DNA of 64,000 nt from Christensenella sp. UBA7862 (GTDB lineage: Bacteria; Bacillota; Clostridia; Christensenellales; UBA1242), in the NCBI GenBank assembly GCA_002500135.1, contig DLSM01000003.1:12100-76099 (forward strand). Reading direction: 5' to 3'. This document shows, piece by piece, positions 48,977 to 57,310 of the stretch. The stretch's first letter is position 1. Every line of letters begins with the position of its first letter. Below the pieces are notes generated by a model. The model saw only the letters and a list, made by a program, of their open reading frames with translations, was not told where the DNA came from and made no database searches. Both the position numbers and the translations under genes were made by a program.

Positions 48977-50992
48977 TTACTTAAAAACTGCTGTGAAGTG
49001 GGTGCTATAGCGGACTTCAAAAGTGTCACCTGGGTGATAAATTTTGCTATCTGCGGAGCAATACCAATAAGAAAAGTTTTCTGCATTTGAACCAGTATAA
49101 GTTGGAATTGTGTAGGTGTCATAATCTGCATAAACATTGGACTTTTCCTCAAATTTAGCAATGTCTTCGGCGGTCTTTGGAACGGTGAAATTTTGGAAAG
49201 CGTCATTGTCCGTTGTCACCACCCAAAGGCTTTTGCCGTCTGCGTTTTTGACTGTTTCTTGTTTGTGCTTTTCGCTGTTGACGGTGTCACGAATAATCAT
49301 GTCACGCACCATTTCTCTTGTAAATTCTGCTGTTTCTGTAAGCCCGTTTTCATAAAGGAAACTGCACCATTCGACCAAGATTTGCCACTCTGCGCCACGA
49401 TAGCCTATCATATCTCTTGGAAGCATATCAAAGTATGTTTTCATTGTTTCTTCGGAATAAAGGTGAACTGGAATTGCGTCAATGCCAAAATTTGATAGGT
49501 CAATGCCGAAAATATTTGAGCATAGAAGTGTGAAAGTTTTGTCGGCAGCGTTTTCTGTGCCGTCTTTGTTAAGTCCAGCACCATAGACTGGGTTGCCGTC
49601 ATCATCACGCAAATAGTCTTCGGTCAAAACTTTTTGTCTTAATGGGTTGGCATAGACCAAGTTTTCGTCAAAACCATACATATTGTGAAAGCCCAGAGCG
49701 TCTGCTTCGTTGGTCAGATAGTCGCTTGCAAAGAAGTTCCACATTTGCCCCATAATTGGTTGGCAATATTGCACAATGTCGTGTGAAATTTTAATTTCTG
49801 TCACCGCTGTCCATGACCATGAAGGAGAACCATTGTTGTAATTCATCTTTACAATTTCACTGCCTACGTGGAAGTTGTCTGTGTCGGTCACTGCTGAATA
49901 TTGATAGGAATATTCGCCCGTTTCGGTGTTTAAGTTTCTTGTAAACATTGAATGTGGTGGGACAAATGTAAGTTCACCGCCGTCTGCAAATTTTACATAA
50001 ACCACTTCTTGTTCGCCATTTGTTGTGCTGTGTTTGTTGAGCCAATGGCAATAGCCTGTGTCAATTTTGCCAGTGTCGTGGTTGAAGCGATAAATTCTGT
50101 CGAAAAATGATATATCTTCAATATTTTTGTAACTGCCGTCTGCAAGCATAACTTTTGTGCCAAAGACAATGCAACCGCTTATTGGTTGTTCAGATTCTTG
50201 ACGTTTAATTGTGTCGCTCCATGTTGCGACCAATGTGTGGTCAGATTTATTTGTAAGTTCAGAGCCGTTTGATATGGTGTCTTCGCCAAGTTTCCAGCCG
50301 TCAAACTGCATATTTGCATAGCCGTCTGCAAAATAGTCTGTGTATTCCCTTTCGGTTTCACGAAGATAGACATATTTTGGGGTTGGAAGCCCGCCGTAGT
50401 TGCCACCTGACTTGGAGAAAGTTCTTTTGGCAAGAAGTTTTAGGTTGCTGACGGTGAGAGTTAGGTCTTGCGACTGCTCTGCGATGTTAAATTGAATAAC
50501 AACAAAATAGTCTTTTGACTCGGTGCAAGTGTAGGACAAAGTTCCCGATTGTTTTGTGTCATTTGGGGTGACTTTTTTCTCTGCTACAAGACCGTCTGAG
50601 CCTTCAGCGGATAGTGCTTGTCCGTAAATTTGGGCGGAAATTTCGTTGTTGCCCGAAAGGTTGTGTGAACTTTCATAGGAAAACTCCCATGTATAGACCC
50701 AGTCTTTTTCAAGCGGCAAAGAAAGATACACTTGCTCGGTGTAGGTGGTGTTTTTGCCAAAAGAAAATGTTGTTGCAAGGGCTTCTTCGTCAAAGGTGTT
50801 TGAAACTATGTGATTGTCAGATTTTGGCCCAAAATTCCACCTATCCACATCTGCAAAAAGTGCTTTTGAATAGTCCAGTGTAAGCGTAAAAGTTGTGCTT
50901 TGAGGTTCTGCCCCACCGCAGCCAGTGAGAGTGAGTGCCACACCCAAAACAAGGCAGCAAACCAGTGCCAAAAGTTTTACAAATTTTTTCAT
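48977..50992 (-). CDS. Lipoprotein with a beta-sandwich-like N-terminal region, one Flg_new repeat, a Hint autoprocessing domain and a conserved post-Hint C-terminal domain
   Basis: 671 aa. Lipobox LTG|C (Cys25) and AGGAGA RBS. Hint block A at SG|CIVFGTKVMLADGSYKNIEDI. The C-terminal ~400 aa is paralogous to the end of ORF 51064..57066. Confidence 0.8.
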   Translation of the reverse strand: MKKFVKLLALVCCLVLGVALTLTGCGGAEPQSTTFTLTLDYSKALFADVDRWNFGPKSDNHIVSNTFDEEALATTFSFGKNTTYTEQVYLSLPLEKDWVYTWEFSYESSHNLSGNNEISAQIYGQALSAEGSDGLVAEKKVTPNDTKQSGTLSYTCTESKDYFVVIQFNIAEQSQDLTLTVSNLKLLAKRTFSKSGGNYGGLPTPKYVYLRETEREYTDYFADGYANMQFDGWKLGEDTISNGSELTNKSDHTLVATWSDTIKRQESEQPISGCIVFGTKVMLADGSYKNIEDISFFDRIYRFNHDTGKIDTGYCHWLNKHSTTNGEQEVVYVKFADGGELTFVPPHSMFTRNLNTETGEYSYQYSAVTDTDNFHVGSEIVKMNYNNGSPSWSWTAVTEIKISHDIVQYCQPIMGQMWNFFASDYLTNEADALGFHNMYGFDENLVYANPLRQKVLTEDYLRDDDGNPVYGAGLNKDGTENAADKTFTLLCSNIFGIDLSNFGIDAIPVHLYSEETMKTYFDMLPRDMIGYRGAEWQILVEWCSFLYENGLTETAEFTREMVRDMIIRDTVNSEKHKQETVKNADGKSLWVVTTDNDAFQNFTVPKTAEDIAKFEEKSNVYADYDTYTIPTYTGSNAENFSYWYCSADSKIYHPGDTFEVRYSTHFTAVFK
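49709..50173 (-). other. Hint (Hedgehog/intein-type) domain of the lipoprotein, approximate
   Basis: Cys1 codon at 50173..50171. TFVPPHSMF (block B-like). C-terminal MWNFFASDYLTN without His-Asn plus nucleophile. Confidence 0.65.
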
Positions 50993-51063
50993 TTTTTCTC
51001 CTTTTTCTTGTTGTATTGTGCAATAAATTTAAATTATACACAGACACCCCATCTTCACAGGTC

Positions 51064-54000
51064 TTATGTGGAATAAACCGCAGTGAAGTGGGTGTTTGTG
51101 CGGACTTTATAGGTGTCGCCAGCGTAGTAAATCTTTCCGTCAGAAGAACTGAGCCACCCGACAAAGCCTTCTTCTTCAATGTTTGGCAAAATGTAATGAG
51201 TGTATTCCTCGAAGAAGAAGTCTTGTGGGTTGAAATGTTCGTTCATGACATCTTCTGACGTGGTTACAACATACATGAATTTGCCGTTTTCATTGGTTGG
51301 TGGCAAAACACGTTCGTTTTCGTTGTTTGCAACTTCGCTTAAAAGTATGTCAATCATGAAGTCCATGTTGAGCATATCGTTGTCAATCAAAATCTTCCAT
51401 TCTCTGCCACGGAAGCCAACAATATCCCTATCTGTCCAGCCCATGTTTTTAAGTTCTTTTTCTGTGAATAAGTGCTTGTCGTAAGTGCCGTTTAGAACTT
51501 TTTGTCTGATACTTGACGCATAGGTCAAATTCTTCTTAAAGCCATACATGTTTTGGAAAATGATTGTGTTTGGAACGGTGGTTAGAATATTCCCCGCAAA
51601 GCAGTTCCACATGCCAGAAGTTATGATTGAATATGCAGGGGTTTCTTCTTCGATGTAGCAAATTCCCGTTACAACTGCCTCGCCCCATGTGGCACAAGAT
51701 TCATAACTTGATTGACACGTGCAAGCAGAACACGTGGAGCAAGTTGTGTTTGCACAGTCGTTTGCGATATATTTTAGAACCCGAGTTCCAATATAGAATT
51801 TCGCTGGGTCGGTGACTGCGACATATTTGTTTTGGTCTAGGCTGAACACTGCATGGTCGCCAACAAATCTTATCGTTTCGCCGTCCGAGAATGTAACTTC
51901 CATAACCCGCTTTGACACAGTCGCTTTGCTTATCCAACTGGCGTAAGCCGTGTCAATTTGCCCAGTATCGTGGTTAAATCTGATAAGCCTATCCGAGTAA
52001 GTTATATCCTGAATCATTTTCCAGCCGTTTGCCGTAAGAATTGGTGTGTTGTATGCAAGACATGAAGGTGTTGAACCGCTGCCACTTCCAGAAATTGAAA
52101 TGTTTTGTGCTGGCATTGTGAACGATACTGAAGCACTTGAAGAACCAGACGCTGAAACATAACCCGAAATACTTGTTGTCTTGTTTGTATGACTTGTTGT
52201 ATTGGTAAATGTAAGCGAAACGCTTGTGCCGAAAGCAATGGTCGTTGTTCCAGTTGCCGTTCCGCTCCAATTTCCGTTTGAAGCACTTAGGGTCATTGTA
52301 TAACTCTTTGCCGAGAATGACGCATTCCAAGTAGCATTGCCCGCAGTTGTCCATGTAGCAGAACTTGTGCCGCTTGAAGAATAATTTGGAACACTTACGT
52401 CATAACCAGTAAACGACTTAATCGTGATATTTGGCAACGTTTGTCCATAAGTGACCGTTACACTTGTTGTGCCACCAGAGAAGTTTGTCTTTGCACTATT
52501 GCAAGTTGTACATGTGCCACTTACATTGCTACCTTTACTTCCCTTACAAGAACCGCATGTAACTTGACCAGACACTGTGCCTGTTGCGGAACATTTGCTA
52601 CAATTTGTCCAACCGTCTGTTCCTGAGCCACCACACCATGAACATGTTGACTCGGTGGTTTCATAATAGTAACCCTTACCTTTACAAGTTGAACAAGTAA
52701 CAGTTCCAAATCCGTTACAAAATTGACATTTATTTCCTGCACTGTTATCACCACTTCCACCGCAACCAGAACATGTTTCGGTAGTAGAGCAACTAACCTT
52801 TGTGCTTGATGAGGTTTTTCCAGAGCCATCACATCTTGAACATTCTTCATCCCAGCCTTTGTAGCCATTACATGTAGGACACTTTACCTGACCAGCAACT
52901 GTTCCATTGCCACCGCAATTTGAGCATGGAACCCATGTGTTCACCGTTCCCACTGCATTACACGTGCCGCAGCGTGGGACGGTGTAGTTGATTGTGAGGG
53001 TGTAGGTGTTGGCTGTCCACTTTGCATACAATGTTGCATTTTGATAAATATCTGTGCAAAGGTCAGACGCAAAGTTGGTTGAATCATAGCCAACATATCT
53101 TTCGCCATTTGACCCACCACAAGAGCCGTCACCATAGTAATGGACAAATGTGTGACCAGTTCTTGTTGGTTTTGTGATAGACGTTATTTCTGTTGTGCAA
53201 GCCTCGTTGGAGTAGAATTTGTTAATGCCATATTTGTAATAGAAAGCACTTGTTCCGCCCGAGCCGCCATTTGCATTAAGCGTTATCTTAATTGTATTTG
53301 GTGCCCAATACGCATACAACGTTTGACCGCTGGCGGTTGTCCATGCACGAGTGCCTGCGCCTGAGGCATTGTAATATTGTGTGCCACCACCGTTTGTGGC
53401 TGTGAAGTAACCACCAAAAGTGTAACCCGTTCTGCTTGGGACAGAAATGCTTGGGACAGTGGAGCCATAAGTTGCTGTTACACTGCCCGAGCCACCAGTG
53501 CCAGATTGTTTGTCAAGTGTTAGCGTATATTGATTTGGGTTCCAATGTGCATAGAGGGTGTATGTTCCACTGGTTGCAAGATTTGTGACACTTTGTTGGT
53601 CGCTATACACTTTTGCCCCGCTGGCACTTGTTGCCCAACCGTCAAAAGTGTAACCCGTTCTTGTAAAGCCGTTTGCAGTAAGTGCTTTGGCAGAGTCATA
53701 AGTGTGAGTACTGTTGGCTGTGGTTCCACTTCCACCATTTGCATTGTAAGTGACTGTGTAGGTGTTGGCTGTCCAGTTGGCTGTTGCAGTTATGTTTGCT
53801 CCACCAGAACAAGTTAAGATTTGGGCAGTGTTGGAAGTACTTGATGTTGCTCCAGTTGAGTCAAACACTTGACTGTATGCCACTTGCCACTTAACTGGTT
53901 TTTCCGCTGTTGCCGCTGTGCCTGTTAGATAATAGAAATTCGTTGAACTGTAACTGCCATTTGACCCGCAAGTCACTTTGTAAATATATCTTTGCCATGT

Positions 54001-57000
54001 TCCCGTTCCAGCTTGACTTGTAAGCCATGAACTACTTCCACCGCCATATGCATTTGAAGCCCATTGCAAATTGTATCCCACTGGAATCTTTGCAATAATG
54101 ACTGTTGTGAAAATTGCACTTGCATAGGAATTTGTGTAGTGAGTGTAACCGCCAAGCCCCGGACTTGCTTCGCCAGCGGTGGTGATTTCAAGATAATATC
54201 CAGTGTTGTTTGGTGCAGAACCTTGAACAACTGAGTGAGTTACTGTGCCGTTACCTTTGTTGTTATATATACTTACACTGTTTGTGCCGTTGAATGATGG
54301 GTTTGAATTAAGTGCTTTGCCAAAGGCGTTGTAACTTGCCCCCGAGTTGACTGTTCCGCCTGAGAAAGTCCAACCAGCGAATGTGTAACCCGTTTTGGTT
54401 GGGACACCAAATGCCATGGCTTCATCGGTGTAAATTGTGTTGGTTGCATTGCCAGATTTGCCGTTTAGTGTGCCACCATTTAGGTTTGTGGTAACTGTGT
54501 ATTGGTTTGCATTCCACTTTGCATACAATGTTGCGTTTTTGTAGATGTCGGTGCAGAGGTCAGAGGCAAAACCTGTGTTATAATAATTTTCTCCGTTACC
54601 GCCACCACAAGAGCCGTCACCGTAGTAGTTGCTGAATGTGTATCCTACTCTGCTTGGAAGCGTTATTGAGGTTATTTCAGTTGTGCAGGCTTCGTTGGAG
54701 TAGAATTTATTTGTTGCATATTTGTAATAGAATGTGTCCGTTCCGCCCGAGCCGCCGTTTTTGTTAAGGGTGATTTTGATTGTGTTTGCAGTCCAATAGG
54801 CGTATAGAGTTGTTGCTTTTGCAATATCCCAGCCACGGGTGCATGTGCCGGAGCCGTTAAAATATTGTGTTCCGCCACCGCTCGTTGCACTGTAATAGCC
54901 TTGGAAGGTGTAACCCGTTCTACTTGGAATAGAAATTGTGTCCATAGAGGAGCCGAATGTTGCTGTAAGACTATCCGTTCCGCCCGAGCCAGACTGTTTG
55001 TCAAAGGTGACGGTGTATTGGTTGGCTGTCCATTTTGCATATGCAGTTGTGCCACCGACCGTTGTCCATGTTATTTGCCCCACGCCAGAAGCGTTGTAAA
55101 GTTGCGTTCCCGAGCCGTTTTTGCCAGTGTAATAGCCCGCAAAGGTATAACCCGTTCTGACTGGTGGACTGATTGTTCCCAGTTTGGAGTTGTATGTTGC
55201 AGAGGTGGTGCTTGTGCCGTCAGACCCGCCTTGCTTGTCGAGGTTAATTGTATAACTATTGGCAGTCCACTTGGCATAAAGGGTCATGTTGCCCGCCGTT
55301 GTGAGTGGTCGTAAGCAAGCACCCGAAGCATTGTAATATTGTGTGCCGCCGCCGTTTGCTGCTGTGTAATATCCGCCAAAGGTGTAACCCGCCCTTGTTG
55401 GAATAGTTATATTTGCCGTGCGAGAATAAAACTTAACAGAAAGACTGCTTGTCCCGCCACTTCCACTTTGTTGGTCAAATGTATATGTGTAATTGTTTGG
55501 TGTCCATTGCCCATAAAGTTTGGTGTTCTCTGCCTTTATCCAGTTGCCACTTGCGTCTGTGTAGCCAGAAACACTTTTTACTGGCACACCGCCCGCAGTG
55601 TAAATCTGCACGCCGCCCACTGGTTGTGTGTAATATCCATTAAATGTGAACCCGTCATAACTCAGTGTCCCCACCCCACCAAGCGCACCATTGTAACTCA
55701 CACTTTTTGTGATGTTGGTGGCTTCAGCGATGGTGTAATCTCTGAAATAGAAATCACCTGTGCAATCTCTAACATACATAAATGCAGTTGCTTGTATAAC
55801 ATTTGATGAAGTAACCGCTGGGTATCCAGTCGCACATACTTGATGATAAAAAACGTCAGTCCAACCTTTGTTGCTATACCCAGAAACTCCTCTTGAGCCT
55901 ACAACCGAATACCATTGTCTTGTCCCAGAACTATCAGTGTAATAGCCATCAGTATAAAGCATTGCAGTTGGATTTGTCGAACCAGCAACATAATTTACAA
56001 CTTTGCTCTTAATTCCAACAATGTATTCCGTTCCTATTTTAATTCTATCCAAAATTGATTGATAAGGAGCGGTTGTTGTTGACATTGCACCCACTATCTT
56101 TACACAACTAAGCCCGTCTTGTGTCGCAATTGTTGTTCCGCCAAGTTGGTTCCAACTCTTAAGTTCCCCCTCGGTTGTAAGCCCGCCGCCATACAATATA
56201 TTCTTGTTTTCATACAATGTGACGGTGTAGTTGTTTGGCGTCCATTGAGCAGTAAGGGTGTGGTCACCGACAATCGTATTTCTAGTTTCTGGTGTGATAT
56301 ACCAACTTGTTGCGGTATATTTCCCTTTATACAAAGCAAGCCCGTCCCAAGTCTGCACAGTTCCAGCATCAGTATATACAGCAACTCCAATTTGAAACTT
56401 CTTTACAGAACTGTTTGTAATAGAAAATGTTTGTGTGTCATTTGCGCCGATGTTAGCCCAATAGCAATGATAATACTGATTCCATATCCAGCCTGATATT
56501 GTAATTTCAGTTCCATCTATGTAAGCACCATTTGAATCTAATATTCTAAGAAGAATTCTTCCAGCAACACTGCCTGGAGTAACTGTATATAAGTCCCCAG
56601 TTGTGTAATCATACATTTTGTTATTTATAATTCCAGGGCTACCCGAACCAGACGATGTAACTTTAAGCACATTTTTATTAACTATAAGTGAGTTTTTTGT
56701 TCCCAAAACTGCAGTGTAATCGTTGGCTGTTGCTGGAATAAACAAATTTGCCGACCAACCATCAAATGTATACCCCGCTCTTGTTGGGGTTGGGAGGACG
56801 GCGTAATATTCGCCGAGTTGCATTTTGAACCCCGCACAAGCGGAGCCGCCGTTGGAGTCCAAGGTGACGTAGTATTCTGGTCGGGTGTAATCTATTTTGA
56901 CCACACTTTGCACACGTTGTTGCCCTGCGCAAAACAAAATTCCCGCACAACAAAGAGCAATGACAATAAAGCAAAAAGACATGGAGATAAATTGCAATCT

Positions 57001-57066
57001 TCTCCATTTTTGACGTTTAAAGTATTCCTTTTTATACTTTTCTATTTGCTCTGTTTGGTTGTCCAT
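51064..57066 (-). CDS. Giant (~2000 aa) signal-anchored surface protein: Flg_new repeat arrays, beta-sandwich insert, CxxC array, Hint domain, post-Hint domain
   Basis: Single open frame. I prefer ATG 57066 (MDNQTEQ...) over the track TTG 57111. TM segment FISMSFCFIVIALCCAGILFCAG. At least 10 GYTF(x)G(W/Y)...LYA(K/Y)W repeats. Confidence 0.85.
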   Translation of the reverse strand: MDNQTEQIEKYKKEYFKRQKWRRLQFISMSFCFIVIALCCAGILFCAGQQRVQSVVKIDYTRPEYYVTLDSNGGSACAGFKMQLGEYYAVLPTPTRAGYTFDGWSANLFIPATANDYTAVLGTKNSLIVNKNVLKVTSSGSGSPGIINNKMYDYTTGDLYTVTPGSVAGRILLRILDSNGAYIDGTEITISGWIWNQYYHCYWANIGANDTQTFSITNSSVKKFQIGVAVYTDAGTVQTWDGLALYKGKYTATSWYITPETRNTIVGDHTLTAQWTPNNYTVTLYENKNILYGGGLTTEGELKSWNQLGGTTIATQDGLSCVKIVGAMSTTTAPYQSILDRIKIGTEYIVGIKSKVVNYVAGSTNPTAMLYTDGYYTDSSGTRQWYSVVGSRGVSGYSNKGWTDVFYHQVCATGYPAVTSSNVIQATAFMYVRDCTGDFYFRDYTIAEATNITKSVSYNGALGGVGTLSYDGFTFNGYYTQPVGGVQIYTAGGVPVKSVSGYTDASGNWIKAENTKLYGQWTPNNYTYTFDQQSGSGGTSSLSVKFYSRTANITIPTRAGYTFGGYYTAANGGGTQYYNASGACLRPLTTAGNMTLYAKWTANSYTINLDKQGGSDGTSTTSATYNSKLGTISPPVRTGYTFAGYYTGKNGSGTQLYNASGVGQITWTTVGGTTAYAKWTANQYTVTFDKQSGSGGTDSLTATFGSSMDTISIPSRTGYTFQGYYSATSGGGTQYFNGSGTCTRGWDIAKATTLYAYWTANTIKITLNKNGGSGGTDTFYYKYATNKFYSNEACTTEITSITLPSRVGYTFSNYYGDGSCGGGNGENYYNTGFASDLCTDIYKNATLYAKWNANQYTVTTNLNGGTLNGKSGNATNTIYTDEAMAFGVPTKTGYTFAGWTFSGGTVNSGASYNAFGKALNSNPSFNGTNSVSIYNNKGNGTVTHSVVQGSAPNNTGYYLEITTAGEASPGLGGYTHYTNSYASAIFTTVIIAKIPVGYNLQWASNAYGGGSSSWLTSQAGTGTWQRYIYKVTCGSNGSYSSTNFYYLTGTAATAEKPVKWQVAYSQVFDSTGATSSTSNTAQILTCSGGANITATANWTANTYTVTYNANGGSGTTANSTHTYDSAKALTANGFTRTGYTFDGWATSASGAKVYSDQQSVTNLATSGTYTLYAHWNPNQYTLTLDKQSGTGGSGSVTATYGSTVPSISVPSRTGYTFGGYFTATNGGGTQYYNASGAGTRAWTTASGQTLYAYWAPNTIKITLNANGGSGGTSAFYYKYGINKFYSNEACTTEITSITKPTRTGHTFVHYYGDGSCGGSNGERYVGYDSTNFASDLCTDIYQNATLYAKWTANTYTLTINYTVPRCGTCNAVGTVNTWVPCSNCGGNGTVAGQVKCPTCNGYKGWDEECSRCDGSGKTSSSTKVSCSTTETCSGCGGSGDNSAGNKCQFCNGFGTVTCSTCKGKGYYYETTESTCSWCGGSGTDGWTNCSKCSATGTVSGQVTCGSCKGSKGSNVSGTCTTCNSAKTNFSGGTTSVTVTYGQTLPNITIKSFTGYDVSVPNYSSSGTSSATWTTAGNATWNASFSAKSYTMTLSASNGNWSGTATGTTTIAFGTSVSLTFTNTTSHTNKTTSISGYVSASGSSSASVSFTMPAQNISISGSGSGSTPSCLAYNTPILTANGWKMIQDITYSDRLIRFNHDTGQIDTAYASWISKATVSKRVMEVTFSDGETIRFVGDHAVFSLDQNKYVAVTDPAKFYIGTRVLKYIANDCANTTCSTCSACTCQSSYESCATWGEAVVTGICYIEEETPAYSIITSGMWNCFAGNILTTVPNTIIFQNMYGFKKNLTYASSIRQKVLNGTYDKHLFTEKELKNMGWTDRDIVGFRGREWKILIDNDMLNMDFMIDILLSEVANNENERVLPPTNENGKFMYVVTTSEDVMNEHFNPQDFFFEEYTHYILPNIEEEGFVGWLSSSDGKIYYAGDTYKVRTNTHFTAVYST
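51577..52062 (-). other. Hint domain of the giant protein, approximate
   Basis: Cys1 codon at 52062..52060 (PS|CLAYNTPILTANGWKMIQDI). IRFVGDHAVF. C-terminal MWNCFAGNILTT without His-Asn. Confidence 0.65.
52501..52971 (-). other. Array of 11 CxxC motifs (6 are full DnaJ-type CxxCxGxG)
   Basis: In order: CGTC, CSNCGGNG, CPTC, CSRCDGSG, CSGCGGSG, CQFCNGFG, CSTCKGKG, CSWCGGSG, CSKC, CGSC, CTTC, within 157 aa. First and last Cys codons were frame-checked. Confidence 0.8.
52972..53775 (-). repeat. Second block of tandem Listeria-Bacteroides (Flg_new) repeat modules (3 modules)
   Basis: Modules delimited by W(T/N/A)(A/P)N(T/Q)Y... and ...LYA(H/Y/K)W. Confidence 0.75.
54370..55506 (-). repeat. First block of tandem Flg_new repeat modules (about 5 modules)
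   Basis: WTPNNYTYTFDQQSGSGG...LYAKW, TANSYTINLDKQGGSDG...AYAKW, and so on. Confidence 0.75.
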
Positions 57067-57261
57067 GGGTTTTCCAAATACGAGTTGTCGCAAATCGACT
57101 TTTAATAACAAAAAAAGACAAAAAACTTGATATGTAAGCAGTCTTTTATATAGTCTTTTGCAATAAATTATTTATGTTGCATAATGTGACAAAAGTTGTT
57201 ATATTTCGACATAAAACAACACTCTTATATTAAATAATTTATAATACACTAAAATTATATG

Positions 57262-57275
57262 AGTAGAATTCTACT
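57262..57275. promoter_or_regulatory. Operator-like perfect palindrome AGTAGAATTCTACT
   Basis: 14-bp perfect inverted repeat 36 nt upstream of the XRE gene. Confidence 0.55.
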
Positions 57276-57304
57276 TTGTCAAGTTTTTTTAGTAGAAATC
57301 TACT
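57276..57304 (+). promoter_or_regulatory. Candidate XRE promoter bracketed by the two operators
   Basis: TTGTCA-17 nt-TCTACT. The -10 lies inside operator 2. The predicted start falls at about ATG 57311, implying a leaderless mRNA (no SD present). Confidence 0.35.
57291..57304. promoter_or_regulatory. Operator-like palindrome AGTAGAAATCTACT
   Basis: Same 6-bp arms as 57262..57275, centres 29 bp apart. Ends 6 nt before the XRE ATG. Confidence 0.55.
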
Positions 57305-57310
57305 AAAATT

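Noticed and set aside
49709-52062. True (splicing) inteins in the two surface proteins
   Set aside because: Both Hint modules lack the C-terminal His-Asn plus downstream Cys/Ser/Thr. They have no homing endonuclease. They also sit near the C-termini of non-conserved repeat proteins rather than inside conserved enzymes.
48977-52062. Polymorphic toxin (PT-HINT plus C-terminal toxin) with a downstream immunity gene
   Set aside because: The post-Hint regions of the two proteins are conserved paralogs, not variable toxin tips. The gene after the giant ORF is another Hint lipoprotein rather than a small immunity-like ORF. Nothing small follows 48977 before a terminator.
52972-55506. GC-rich island as evidence of horizontal transfer of the giant gene
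   Set aside because: The higher G+C is only eyeballed from sampled rows. It coincides with Gly/Thr/Ala/Ser-rich repeats (GGN, ACN, GCN codons). It cannot be separated from amino-acid composition without codon-position statistics.
57067-57111. TTG 57111 as the start of the giant ORF (track call)
   Set aside because: The ATG at 57066 gives a conventional short basic cytoplasmic tail before the TM helix. The 15 extra codons from TTG have no better RBS. The start remains uncertain without N-terminal data.
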